Shown piece by piece: positions 28,841-42,469 of a DNA stretch of 64,000 nt. The first letter of the stretch is position 1, and every line of letters begins with the position of its first letter. Under the pieces are notes generated by a model that saw nothing but the letters and a program-made list of their open reading frames with translations, was not told where the DNA came from and ran no database searches. This DNA is from Eledone cirrhosa. Lineage: Eukaryota. The DNA lies in contig OZ024745.1 of NCBI GenBank assembly GCA_964016885.1, positions 111,910,001-111,974,000 on the forward strand, in the 5' to 3' direction. The position numbers and the translations under genes are program-made.

Positions 28841-29183
28841 TGGCTCTGATTATTTAATTTATTAACTTTTCATTGAGCCACAAAGTGACCCGTTGCAAAA
28901 CACGTATATGTATGTATGTATATATATATGTATATGTAAACCTTTATATATATATATATATATGTAAATATATATATATATGTATACAATAGTACAACAT
29001 ATTCAAAGTTTGATCAGCAGCCAAGCCAACGAATGCCTTCAGCAGTGCAGCCAAGCACTCGACAAGGAATAGACCTCAGAGTAATAACATACAGTTTAAA
29101 GGGCTTTGCAAATTGAAGATAGCAACAGCTAATTCAGCCGCGTGATCTGTAGCAACGAAAGAACTGACTAGTGAGAAAAGGAA

Positions 29184-29229
<46 letters not shown>

Positions 29230-29307
29230 ATATATATATATATACATCTAAAAATATACATACATACATATATGCACATATCTGTATATATAACATATAT
29301 ATATATG

Positions 29308-29427
<120 letters not shown>

Positions 29428-29458
29428 CATATATATGTATATATATATGTATATATAT

Positions 29459-30064
29459 GTCAGGTCACCAGTTGGTGCTACTGGTAACATGTATCCCAGT
29501 ACAACCTGTCCCATGGTCGGGTCGTTGGCGACTAAACTGGCAACCCCACCAAGGTTTCTTGGTGAGGAGGGTGACTTTGGACATCCTGCAGGACTAAAAA
29601 CAAAACCTGTCAAAGGGCAAAGGAGCTCTTAAGAATCAATGGCCATCCAAAATCACCGGGAGAGATGACCCCTTAGCCTTTGTCAAGGCAGAATTCTAGG
29701 AGAAGGAAAACTCTGATATAACACCTGCAACCCTGATGGTATCCAATGATGTTGACTTGTTCTTCTTTTTGGTAAATATAATCTTGGTTAAGAGAGTGGG
29801 ACTGGCTTTGTGCAGTGCCTTTGCTCACTATAAAAGCTTCACGGCACAGGCATTGCTTTGTATCTGGAGATCTTTCTGCACTTGTCGTCACATGGTACCA
29901 AAGGTAAAGCACTATGTGTCAATAATTGTCACAAGTGTAGTGTTTGTACCAGAGTTTTAAAGTCGCTGGCTGGACTAAAAAGTCACACTCGTTCAGCGCA
30001 TCGGTAGGGGTTCTCCTACATGGATATAAAGTAGTGGCCGTACTCGAAAACGAGTTGGCAGCCA

Positions 30065-30068
<4 letters not shown>
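29459..30068 (+). mobile_element. Family D1 copy 2
   Basis: Same termini as 24372-24981, flanked on both sides by (TA)n. Confidence 0.85.
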
Positions 30069-30135
<67 letters not shown>

Positions 30136-30136
30136 C

Positions 30137-30223
<87 letters not shown>

Positions 30224-30227
30224 TATG

Positions 30228-30292
<65 letters not shown>

Positions 30293-30320
30293 AAATATAT
30301 ATATATATATAGAGAGAGAG

Positions 30321-31105
30321 AGAAAACAATCAAATATTTGTTTAATGCATTTAATTGATGACAATCGTTTCTTCCAAACAAATGTCTGGAATCATCAAAC
30401 CATACACAATGATAAAACAAATAAATAAATTCCTAAACCTTAGAACATTCATTAAGATGCATTATAATTAATTGTTTCTACTTTAGGCACAAGACGAGCA
30501 AATACCCAGTGCATTACTGGTACTTTTATTATTAAGATGCATTATAATTAATGGTGGATTGGCAGTACCGGTGGAGGGTCGGACGCCATGCTTTCCAGCA
30601 TAGTTACGTTCCTTTACGGTCTGAGTTCAAATCCCGCGAGGTTGACTTTGCCTTTCATCCTTACGGGGTCGATAAAATAAAGTACCAGTAATGCACTGAG
30701 CAATTGCTGGCCTTGTGCCTAAAGTAGAAACAATTATAATTAATAGTGCCAGTAACAATATATTGAAGAGCAAGAACAAAATGATATTACAATGAAAAGA
30801 TAGTAAAATATTGAAAAGAATTATAAAGAGAGTATTACTTAAAGTCAATATATCAACCATATCAAACAAAGAATGTAAATAAAAGTATGCATTAAGGTGA
30901 GACAGATGTGTAGTGATAGCAAGCATTTATGTGTTATGTAAGCATTATATGATGAATTAGTTACAGCAATTAAATGCATTAAACAAAAATTTTATTGTTT
31001 TCTATGTTGTATTTCTGCTCTGTAATATATATGAAATTTTACATTGAGCTAATTTTCTTACTGGTAATTGGGTAATGCAAAATATTACCCTTCTTTTATT
31101 TATAA
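30321..31105 (+). mobile_element. Decayed Penelope-like element 3' relic with an inverted partial terminal repeat, interrupted by SINEs
   Basis: Inverted repeats 30321-30357 and 30968-31003. Frameshifted GIY-YIG-like C-terminal text (KDSKIL..RVLL) at about 30780-30870. Possible decayed hammerhead TGATGA...AAAtgcaT at about 30950-30985. Confidence 0.5.
30553..30738 (+). mobile_element. SINE family A
   Basis: Full copy with TSD attataattaat. An inverted 3' SINE fragment lies at 30473-30530. Confidence 0.9.
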
Positions 31106-32465
31106 TTATATATAGATTATATATATAAGTATAAATATTATTATTATCATATATATATATATATACATGACGGAGGTGTTAATTTTCAAACTAGAATAGT
31201 TTGAAATTTATAAGAAAGAAAATTTCTTTAGAGGTATTTTGGTATTTTCATGTTACATGTATCAAAATGCATGTTTTTCATATTACCATGAGTTTTAACA
31301 AACCTTTCCCCATGCTGACATAGGGTTTGACAGGTCTACAAAACACTACTTCAAATCACCAGCAGCATGTCCTCAGCTATTTCTATTAATAAAGATTTTA
31401 GTATGGAAACGTTCTGAGAAATATTTGCTACTAGCAGAAATGTTGCCCTCCAGGTGATTTTCTGTATGTGTGTTTGGGCATGTATTTTGTAATATATTGA
31501 TCAATGTATACAAATGCACGAACAAGGAAAGCTATATTTTGGACATGTAAATGATATGAACTGATACTGATATTTTTCTCTACGAAGTGGGGACCCCCAT
31601 CTTAATTAAGCAAAGACATGGTATGAATCAATAATAAGCTGAAGCATGATTGAAAAAGCACAACACAGCACCTTCAATAAAATTTGCCCATATACTGAGT
31701 TTTGACTAAAAGAGTTTTTTTTTAATCAACTCTTTGATACTCTGTAATTTCTATTTAAAGAACATACAGTGTAATCAATTTCTTATAATTAAAAGGCAAA
31801 ATTTCTTTTGTGACAAAAAATCATACAAACTTGCTATGACATATTTGATTTTGTGGTTTATTTACTTTAATACTTAAGTTTGACAAAGCCAGAGAGAGAG
31901 AGAGACACACACACATTTTTATTCATTTATTATTATAGATAAAGATTTCAAGATGAATTACTTTCAAGAAGATTGTAAATGATTGGTTATATAAGGTAAA
32001 TAGATATCCATTGATTTTGAAGATGAGTGTTCCAGTTGTTCAGTGAATAGAACAGTCTGCTCATTAATTTATCATACAAATGGTTGAGAGGATTCTACAG
32101 TCATGTGTACCCTTCACTTAATTCTCAAGGAAATTCAACATGACTCTGTGAGTGACAAGTCTGGCTCTTTGAATTACCAGTACTGTCTCTCCAATGGTCT
32201 TTCTAAACAGTTTCTGTCTTTCCAATCTCTCTCAGTAATCTTGAGTTGACCTCAAGGATGTAGTAAATGACATTTTCCTAAAATGCCATGTAGTGGGATT
32301 AAACATTGTACTACATGATTGAGAAGCAAATTTCTTAAATATTCAGCCAGGTTGCATCCATGAATAATTGATTATGCATGCATGGATACATGGTCCTGAA
32401 CTCCTGATGGATTCATAGTTGCACGATTCGTAGTTGCACTAAACAGCATTTCTAGGGCATTTTAA

Positions 32466-32660
32466 CCCTTGAGCATTTAAATTACTCTATATTTACTATT
32501 GTATTTTTGTGGTCTCATAATATCGAATCTACGAGATTTTGCTGTTATTTATTTTGAGAAGAATTCCTTAATGTCCGTATGAGTGGTCAGTTATGGGCGG
32601 TTTGAACAGAAAAAGGTGAGAGAATTCTGGCTGGATATGGCCGGTTTAAATGCGAAAGGG
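32466..32660. mobile_element. piggyBac-like MITE
   Basis: TTAA|cccttgagcatttaaa...tttaaatgcgaaaggg|TTAA. A partial homologue lies at about 19810-19947. Confidence 0.8.
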
Positions 32661-33486
32661 TTAAGCTTGGCAGAGTGCATCTCCTCTCCAGGTATGCATG
32701 CAGCAGATTTCTTCCAGAGAAGGATAGAAAGTGAGAGAGAAATACAGAGGAAGAATCAAACCCAGTACTAGACTGGTACTTTTTTTTATCGACCTTGAAA
32801 GGATAAAATGCAAAGTTGACCTCAGAATTGGTTATATGAATGGTATAACACATAAAGCTGAAAGCTATACATTGAATAATACTACCATGTCAAATCTTAT
32901 CCCAATAATAATCTTGAACTCTTTAACATTTGATTTTGTGGTTCCAATTTTCTTTCCTTACTGTGACAAGCATTATATTTGAATTCTTTGAACATTCATT
33001 TTTATGTAAATGTATGTATGAGTATGTAAATTTCTAAGTGGTTCTTCTTTACTGCTTTCGTTTTATTTAAGATGTGGGTATTTCTTTCTATATATCAAAC
33101 ACCATCTATATCAACTGAATTTTACAGCAAAAGGAACTAGTAATGTGTGTTTTCATCAAACTATATTTTATTATTCCCAATAGAGACAAGATTTTTCATA
33201 TATTTTACTATAATTTTTCTTTATTATTGTTCTCTAATTTAGTTAATTATTTTGAACTATGAAATAAAAAAAAATTCAAACCTATTACTGTTTTATTTTT
33301 TTTTACATAGAAACCAATTTTCTATATTCCTTTGTCTGAACCTCTGTCATTTCCTATAATATTCCTTTCACTCTCTCTATATCTAGAAGTTTAGAAAGAA
33401 ATAGTGATTTGATTGGTTCTGTGAAAAAGTGAAATCTAATGTTCAGTTTTTAATTCATTTTACTTGTTTTGTTCCTTTAACCCCAA

Positions 33487-33553
<67 letters not shown>

Positions 33554-33599
33554 CCACACCCATTCCCCCTACCACCACGTCTGGACCTATACTCCCCCT

Positions 33600-33865
33600 T
33601 ATTCCTGATTAAAGTTTTTCTCATCAGAAAAGAACCAAAGTATTCCAGCGTCTTGATGTTTTATCTTATTCAGTAATTGCTTAGCATGGACCAAATGATT
33701 TTCTCTTGTCACATCCAACATAAACTGGCCTCTCCACATGACTTACAACTTGTATCGAATGTGTTTATGGCTAACTCTTCTGATGGTGTATTCTGAAACC
33801 TTAAGGGCCTCTACAATGGCTCTGATTGACTTTCCTGGAGCTTTATCTATTAATTTTAAAACTTT
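33600..33865 (-). mobile_element. Tc1/mariner (maT/DD37D-like) transposase fragment
   Basis: IDKAPGKSIRAIVEALKVSEYTIRRV..RGQFM..KQLLNKIKH..LWFFSDEKNF (HTH plus first catalytic D), with one internal stop. Confidence 0.8.
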
Positions 33866-33974
33866 TTTTTTATAAACTTAGTTGTTCTGATTGTATTAGG
33901 ACCTTGTACATGTATTTTGCACATGGCTGCTGATGTTGAATCCCTGCCAGCAGCTTCCAGATACTTTCTAAGTT

Positions 33975-34175
33975 TGACGATGATACAAGCAGGCATGAAG
34001 AATTGCAGCAGGTACAGTAAAGGTGTTCAAAGTTAAGATATGGGAGGACTTTGGGGTTAAGCTGGAATCTGACTTCAGAGCAGCAAATAAAGTGTTCTGG
34101 CAGACCATTTGTTGACTTTGTAATAAGAAGTCCTCCTCCACACCTGTTATCAAGAACATGTCTGGGGTTCTCTCA
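33975..34175 (+). mobile_element. RTE LINE ORF fragment (region between EN and RT)
   Basis: KIWEDFGVKLESDFRAANKVFWQTI motif. Confidence 0.7.
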
Positions 34176-34296
34176 TTTTTAGCATTGCTCTCTGACTGTT
34201 ACAATTATTGTTGCGATCTCCATAAAATCACGTGTGGAGTTTTAGACTTTTTTGTGGAAAGTTAGTCAAGACTAATATCTTGTGTAATCAATAATG

Positions 34297-34394
34297 GCCT
34301 ACTGATGAGGGTTGTCGTATTAACTTTACTAATTGTGGATTTAATAATGGTAATTGGTGGAGTTTCTCTCAACTAGAAACAGCGCTGTATAGGC
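34297..34394 (+). ncRNA. Type-I hammerhead ribozyme motif with a long stem-II insert
   Basis: gccta-CTGATGA-g ggttg...caact a-GAAA-cagcgctg-TA-taggc. Palindromic stem III. The first stem-II pair is a G-A mismatch. Confidence 0.7.
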
Positions 34395-34567
34395 TTTGAT
34401 GAACTGTGATTTACTAATGTAAGTAATATCCTTACTATCCCTACTGCTTTGCTTAGTTCTATATTATATATTTGCAAGATATTAAAAAATGTTGTCTCCA
34501 TAACATCATCTGTGAAGAGTGCACTCTGAATAATGTTTTTTTTTTGCACTAACTTTTCATTGAGGGG

Positions 34568-34659
<92 letters not shown>

Positions 34660-34781
34660 CTGATATCTACCTGTCTATAGTAGAGCCAATAGCGTTGTTA
34701 GAACTCCATGTGATAATTCCAACAATATGTGGTGATGAAATCATATAAAATTTCATTGTACATTCTAAACTAGCTGAAGAG

Positions 34782-34840
<59 letters not shown>

Positions 34841-36642
34841 TATATATATACATACAGATACATATATATATATATACACACATACATGTTGAACAGTGAA
34901 AACAAAGGGCGAAGTTTAGTACCTAATCAATTCATTGTTTTATGACCATTTCAGAAAGTTGATTGATCATGATAAATTGATATAGTGACTAATTGATAGT
35001 AGTTATGTTATGTTATGTAACTCCATATTATTAATATCAATACCCCAGAACTCTCTCACCATCTTCTTCAGAAACAATGATTGTGGTTGTGATGTCGGTA
35101 ATGTTGGTGATAAGTTTGTAGGCACACAGTTCCAGGTTTGATTGCACTACCTGCAATATTGTGCAAATATTTTCTGCTGTTGCCTCAAGTTGATCAGTAC
35201 TTTGTGGGTGGTACTTAGTAGAGAAACTGTGATGAAGCTATTGTACATGTTTATTAGTGTCTCTTACTTTATATATGCTTATGATTACAGTGTAAAGATG
35301 GTTTTCTTTATGTTTATGTCTCTTTATGCCCTGCAGCATAGTGGTTTGACAAACAGAGGTTGATAAGATAAGTAAGTACCAGTCTGAAATAAGTGCTGAT
35401 GTTGGTATGTTCAACCTTAAACTCTTGAAGATAATGCCCCAGTATGACCGTATTTTAATGAATGAAACCATCAAAAGAATAAAAGAATATAAACATGAGA
35501 ATAGCTATGAGAAGGCATAAAAAGAGTAAAAGAAAGTTAAAAGTCATGTGACAGTATGAAGAAGAAGTTAAAAAGGAAAAAAAAAAGAAGTATAACAAGA
35601 TGGGTAGACAGTAAAGGAGGATAATATCAGCAATAGTAATAATAATAATAATCTTTTTCCTCTTACTTTTATTCTGGAAATATCAGATCAAAGCTACTGT
35701 GACAACACATATCAAATAAATTATAGGAAACATCAAAATTTCATTTGCAAATCAACTGTTGTCATGGCTATCTCCATTCTCATCATAATCATTGCTATTA
35801 ACACTACTACTGCTGCCACTACCACCACCACCAAAACCTCCACCACCACCACCACCAACAACATACCACCTTATCACTAATACCTCCATGTGACCCCCAT
35901 CACCACTGCCACAGTTCATATTTAACACTTGATGAACAAGTTTCACAGCTATAAATCCTTTTCAAATAGCAGTCAAATTTCCTTCAAACACCACTCTAAT
36001 GTTTTCAAAATGGAAGGACACATTTGATAATGTAGTCCACTGCTAAAAAAATACATGATATGGTAACAACTGGAATGCTTTTGATCATAATGTCTGCTTT
36101 CTCAATAAACTTCAACCCTAATAACAACAATACCTTTTTAACTATGCCATTTATAGATAGATGTATATAGGTTACCTTTCACACAAAGAGAAAACCTTTT
36201 TGCAGTCAATTTATTCTACCTCTGTTCAATCCTTGCCACTATATTCTCAAATGCCCTTCCTTCCTTCGGCACTAATTCTGCCACTTAAGTTTTTGTTGTT
36301 GTTTGTTTGTGTTTTAGCCTATCTACAACTTTGAACATGCTTTCTGAAAATCCCATGACTTTCAATTAGTCGCCCCCCCCCCCCCCCCCCCCCCCCCCAT
36401 ACACACACAAAAAAGAAGAAAAAAAGAAAAAAGAAAATGGCATATCAGAATGATATTAGTAAAAATAATGATCTGAAAGAGAATATGAAAAATATATTTG
36501 AGAGAATAGTTAGTCAGTCATACCTAAGGAATAAAAGTAAAAAATAAAAGCATTGTTATCACAGCATTTTGAATGCTGTGAACTGTAAATTATTGATTTT
36601 AAAATGTTTTTTTGAGGGGCGGAAGGGGGGGGGGGCGTGAAT

Positions 36643-36674
<32 letters not shown>

Positions 36675-36744
36675 TATATATATAACACATGTATACTTGT
36701 ATCAGTGTTTATCCCTATCATATATTCATTTGTATATATATATA

Positions 36745-36960
36745 CATATAGTAATAATAATAAATTTGAAGACTAAAATCCAAAGAGGGCTCGATAAGGA
36801 TAAATATATATCAAATATATAAGAACCGTAGAGCAAATATTTATTAAAATAACAGATTAAAGTTTAAGCAAAGAATCGCTGCTTTCACCCTTAACGGGAT
36901 CTTCTGAAGATCACGTTAAGGGTGAAAGCAGCGATTCTTTGCTTAAACTTTAATCTGTTA

Positions 36961-36968
<8 letters not shown>
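36745..36968 (-). mobile_element. Fold-back element, copy 1 (hairpin 36842-36968 centred on a hammerhead core)
   Basis: 63-bp arms with 1 mismatch, centre gatcttc-t-gaagatc. An inverted near-identical copy lies at 42504-42730. Confidence 0.85.
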
Positions 36969-37025
<57 letters not shown>

Positions 37026-37027
<2 letters not shown>

Positions 37028-37245
37028 AGGCACATGGCTTAGTGGTTAGAGCATAGGGACTGGGGTCCCTATCATTCCACTGTAAAGTGGAGGCGTCATG
37101 GAAAAAAAGCACCCAGCACTCACTGTAAATGAGGTTGGTGTTAGGAAGAGCATCGAGCTGTAGAAATCAAGCCAGAATCAGTTCCCGTCCAACCCTTGCA
37201 AGCAGGGGAAAAGTGGACGTAAAATGATGATGATGATGATGATGA
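37026..37245 (+). mobile_element. SINE family B, internally deleted
   Basis: Head ggaggcacatggcttagtggttagagc joined to the body and RTE tail. Confidence 0.85.
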
Positions 37246-38049
37246 TATATATATATATATATTTAATTATATGTAAAGATATGATTGTTGTTTTCAATAT
37301 AACCTATCGTAGTTGTATATTTTATCTTAGCATAAAATAAAGTCCCAGTAATCTACTGGGATAATTGCTGGCCTTGTGCCAATAGTAGAAACAATTATGT
37401 GTAGGATGAAACTTTTCACACCAACACATCACATGCATCATGGTATCATAGTCAGAACCTGGATTCCAAAGAGATTTTGACTGAGAAAGCTGGTTACTGG
37501 AGTAACTTTCCATTATATTTTCAATGCCATGAAGATTTGAATCCTGTATAGCAACCTGATAAAATTAATTAATTTCACAGTACTTTTGCTCTCAGCAACA
37601 GTGACTTGTGTCAGCATAATCATTTTATGTCTGCTTTTCCATGCTAGCATAAGTTAGATGGATCATTAGAGACTAAGTTAGTACTTAATTGGAACTAGTG
37701 CTCTCCTTGAGTGATTGAGGGATCATATCTCTCTTAGACACATTCCAATTTTAGCATCGTTTCTACAGCTAGATGTTGTTCATAATGCTTTACTTTACAG
37801 AGTGTACAGGGTACATTTTATTGTGTCTGTTTATGATATCTGTTTCAAGTTAAGTGGATTGAGCCAGTGATAAATAAATGTCTTGGCTATAGATTCAATG
37901 AAGTCACATGACATGAATTCCTGACCAAGCAGTTTGGCATACTATTCCCCTGGTTCATTACTAGTTATTTAAAGATAAACAGTTAACTCTCACAACAAGC
38001 CTGGTATAACTCTCCTTCAAATGGATATTTTGAACAGTATCTTATAAGT

Positions 38050-38340
38050 GTGGGGCTTAGTGGTTAAGGTATTCAACTCCTGATCATAAAATTATGTGTT
38101 TGACTCCCAATAGTGCTTTGTGTCCTTGAGCAAAACACTTAATTCCATGAAGTTCCAGTTGATTCAGCTGGGAAAAATGAGTTGTATGTGTATTTCAATG
38201 GGCCAGCCATGTCACACTGTATCTTCCTGAGAGTTACGTTAAGGGTACACATGCCTGTGGAATGCTCAGTCTCTTGCACATTAATTTCATGACCTGGCTG
38301 TTGTGTTGTTTTGAACAAATGGAAAATTTGTCAGAACTGG
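38050..38340 (+). mobile_element. Old CORE-type SINE
   Basis: ggcttagtggttaagg...gtccttgagcaaaacactt...cagctgggaaaaatgag. Confidence 0.6.
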
Positions 38341-38547
38341 TGGAGGTTCAACACACACATACACTTGGTAATTGACTGAGTAGCTATAAGATTTTTAACA
38401 ATAACTAGAGAGACAGATACAGTCTCATGGATTCTATCATAAGAAGTGACAGAGCCAGGGTCTCTCTACTGTTGTCTTGATGTTAGATTTGACTCTATAT
38501 ACTACCAAGCATGAAGAAAAGGGACCATACTGATGAAGTTTATAAGT

Positions 38548-39290
38548 CATCATCATCACCGTTTATAACATCATCATCACCGTTTTACGTCCATTCTTCC
38601 ACGCTAGCATGGGTTAGACGGGTTGTCCTGTTGTGGGCAGTGTCTGGTCGGCTGACCATGCCTTGCTCATACAGGAACTGATTTGGCTTGATTTCTACAG
38701 CTGGATGCCCTTCCTAACACCAACCTCATTTACAGTGAGTGCTGGGTGCTTTTTCGAGGCGCCTACACGTCCACTTTACAGAGTGGGCTGGGTGCTTTTT
38801 TGCTGTGGCACCTCCACGACCACCTTGCGGTGGGGGGTGTGGGGGCATATTGTCTATATGCTTCAGCTTGTACCCATGGGAGGTCGGGTACTCTGTATTA
38901 CTGCATGACGCCAGAGGTCATGGTCGTGTGTCATTGCTTTTGAGAGGTGTAATTGGGTAAGGTCGGCTTTTATCACCTCATCCCAGGTCATCTTGGGTCT
39001 CCCCACTCCGCGGTTTCCATCACTAGATGTATACTTCAGCCTGTCCTCATGGGAGATGTATGGTAGTGGGGTGGGGTGGTGCATACTATATATATGTTTC
39101 AGCTTCGGCCTGTGACAGTGGGAAGTCGGGTCTTCTGTATTACTGTGTAATAGGGCAAGGTCAGCTTTTATCACCTCGTCCCAATTCTTCCTGGGTCTCC
39201 CCCACTCCAAGGCTTCTATCGACTTTGAACGCTCTGCACCTTTTTATACAGCTGTCATCCTTCATATGCACCATGTCCATATTTGATGCT
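38548..39290 (-). mobile_element. RTE LINE 3' end (duplicated ORF C-terminus plus SINE-like 3' UTR)
   Basis: GRPRKNWDEVIKADL and GRPKMTWDEVIKADL...RPPMGTS*, followed by a 3' UTR and (GAT)n tail. Confidence 0.8.
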
Positions 39291-39960
39291 GAGTGCTGCA
39301 TGGCTGGAATGAAAATCAGTGCTGTGAAAACTGAGACACTAGTCCTCTCAAGGAAGCCTACGCGGTGCACTATACATGCGAATAGAGTTCCACTGAAGCA
39401 GGTAAAGAAGTTCAAGTATCTCAGGACGGTGTTCATGAGTGAGGGAAGGCATGAGGCTGAATTAAGTGCAAGAATTGAGGGTGGTTGGAGGCATAATTAA
39501 TATAAGAAAGGCTCTCTCCAGGCTTATGGTATGGCTTGTATAGGCCCGTTCACACCGCTTAAAATATCCTACTTCAGATGGAATAAGAACGAGGAGTGAA
39601 ACCATATACCGGGTCTCCGATAATTTAATGAACACGCCGTCTCTATACAGGATATTATGATGCAGCAGCAATAGCAGCAGCTAGAATTATCGATTAATGC
39701 TATTGTTCAGTAGACATCGACGAATGATTGGTTGTTGAACCCGGAACTTATTTTACCCTGCTGTTGGTGTTCACATAGGTGTGTTGTTGTTGTTAATGGT
39801 GTTGGTTGTGCCGGTGATTCCCTGTCATTAGGAAGCCTATGCGGTGCACTATACATGCGAATAGAGTTCCACTGAAGCAGATAAAGAAGTTAAAGTATCT
39901 CAGGACGGTGTTCATGAGTGAGGGAAGGCATGAGGCTGAATTAAGTGCAAGAATTGCTGG
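39290..39960 (+). mobile_element. RTE RT fragments, with about 130 bp duplicated
   Basis: GMKISAVKTE...VKKFKYLRTVF at 39290-39478, repeated at 39830-39957. Confidence 0.8.
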
Positions 39961-40322
39961 AGATGAGAGAATCACTTCAGGCAGAGCCTCAACTTCTTCG
40001 ATCACAGCTCTGATACTATGAGTATGTGGTTAGAATGTCTCAGGAAAGAATTGCTGGACAGATTTCACGGGCAAAAACCAACTGTCAGGAGACCCAGGGG
40101 TAGATGCTGAGCAAGATCGTTGGATAATATCCATGATCTTGACTGGTCTCACGTGGGGATCCTGCTGGATCAGTTAGAGATGGTGGCTTCTGACAGGACC
40201 CACTAGAAGGCGTGTGTGAGGATTCTGTCTCTATGACCCTCTCAGGAATAAGTGAACAAAGAAGACGACTATATATATATAAATATATATGTGTGTATGT
40301 ATGTATGTATGTATGTATGTAT

Positions 40323-41142
40323 GTCGGGTCATTCTTGAGTGCTACTGGTAACATGTAACCCAGTACAACCTGTTGGGTTGTCGGCGACTAAACCGGCAAC
40401 CCCACCAAGTTTACTTGGTGAGGAGGGTGATTTTGGACACCCAGCAGGGCAAAAAACAAAACCTGACAAAGGGCGGAAGAACTCATAAGAGTCAACGGCC
40501 ATCCAAAAATGTGTAAATATTATATACACATGTATATATGTATGTATATGTATATATACATACATATATACATGTATATATGTATATGCATATGTATATA
40601 TATATATATATATATATGCATGTGTGCATGTATATGCCTAGAAATAGTTGGGCTGGATAAACCACTGGGAGTGAAGGACCCCTAGCCTTTGTCAGGGCAT
40701 TCTTCTAGGAGAAGGCAACTCAGAAAACTGGGATAACTCCGATATAAAACCTGCGGCTCAGTAGTTACCGATGATGTTGATCTTTTCTTCTTTTTGGGTT
40801 ATGGCTACTGTCGCTCAGAGAGTGGGATTGGCTCAGTGCACAGTCTTTCCTCACTTTAAAAAAATCTTCACGCACAGGCATTGCATGATAGAATTAATTA
40901 ATAATTATTAATAATTGTTTCTACTTTTGGCACAAGGCCAGCAATTACCCAGTGCATTACTGGTACTTTATTTTATCGACCCCGTAAGGATGAAAGGCTA
41001 AGTTAACCTCCGCGAGATTTGAACTCAGAATGGCAAGGGCCGTAACTCTATACATCAAAGCATGGCGTTTGACCCTCTACCGATACTGCCAATTAATGGT
41101 ATATCGTGCAATGGCCATACTCGATAAAAAGGGGGCAGCAAA
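40323..41142 (+). mobile_element. Family D subfamily D2 copy with a nested SINE A (40910-41091, minus strand)
   Basis: Colinear with the reverse complement of 61143-61814, which lacks the SINE. Confidence 0.85.
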
Positions 41143-41922
41143 ATGTATGCACGTACATACGCACACATGCCCACATACATGCATGTGTGTATGTATGTAT
41201 GTATGTACATATGTATGTATGCATGTATGCATGTATGTACATATGTGTATTATGTATGTGTGTGTGTATATGTGTGTCTGCATATGTGCATGTGTGTGTG
41301 CATGTATGTGTGTGTGCATGCCTATGTGCTCATGTAATCTGATTGTGTGTGTATTAGTTAAAATGGGGAAGCACAGCAGTAAATCAAGCAATATATCTTG
41401 ATTAGGTTTGTATTTGAAGTATCTGTAAGAAATAAGGACATCACTGACTGATATTTCCTAGCTGAGTGATGTTGAGTGATTTATTCAATAAACTTATACA
41501 TATGTATGTCACTTCAGTAGTGTATCCTTGACAAATTCAACCAATAAAGCAGGCATTACTTTACTTTCAATTCATATTTGTTAAATAAAGAGTGCTTATA
41601 TATGTATATGTGCATATCTAAATCTATATATGTCTATGAACATCTGTGTATATACATGTATCTGTACATCTCCCATTTCTCTCTCTCTCTCTCCTTATTT
41701 ACAAACATGCACACACATATGTATGTGTATATATATATGTATATATATATATATAGTTAGAAAGATACGAACGCACATATATATATATACGCTAACAAGG
41801 AAAATGGACATTAAATTATATCTATATCTATCTAGGCACACACCACACACATTTATAAATATTATAGTTTATAGGGAATTAATCGCTGTAGATATTCCAA
41901 ATCTATGATGTGTGTAAAATTG

Positions 41923-41980
<58 letters not shown>

Positions 41981-42186
41981 GTATATAGTGTGTGTATACA
42001 CATGCATATATGTTAGTATAGATATGTGTACACATGTGTATATATATATATATATATATATGTAGGAGGTGAGTTTTATTGTAGTACAATAAAGCAATGC
42101 AGATATCGGATAAGAAGCACTCTACAGTTTGTGGGACTGGAGTATGCATAATATAAGATCAAAAGATGGTTAAAGGAGTTCCATAT

Positions 42187-42255
42187 ATTTTATTATGCGC
42201 ATTTCAAAAACAAACATCATCAAGCAATAATATTTGTGTTTTCATCAGATAAAAC
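42187..42255 (-). ncRNA. Type-I hammerhead ribozyme (left-arm copy)
   Basis: Mirror image of 42370-42438. Confidence 0.8.
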
Positions 42256-42369
42256 AGGAGAACATGATATGAAGGCTAAAAAACACTTGTGGATAGTGCA
42301 GTTTTAAATCAACATATTTAAAACTGCACTATCCACAAGTGTTTTTTAGCCTTCATATCATGTTCTCCT

Positions 42370-42438
42370 GTTTTATCTGATGAAAACACAAATATTATTG
42401 CTTGATGATGTTTGTTTTTGAAATGCGCATAATAAAAT
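42370..42438 (+). ncRNA. Type-I hammerhead ribozyme (right-arm copy)
   Basis: gttttat-CTGATGA-aaacacaaatattatt gctt gatgatgtttgttttt-GAAA-tgcgca-TA-ataaaat. 7-bp stem I, 16-position stem II (one mismatch) with tetraloop, palindromic stem III. Confidence 0.85.
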
Positions 42439-42469
42439 ATATGGAACTCCTTTAACCATCTTTTGATCT

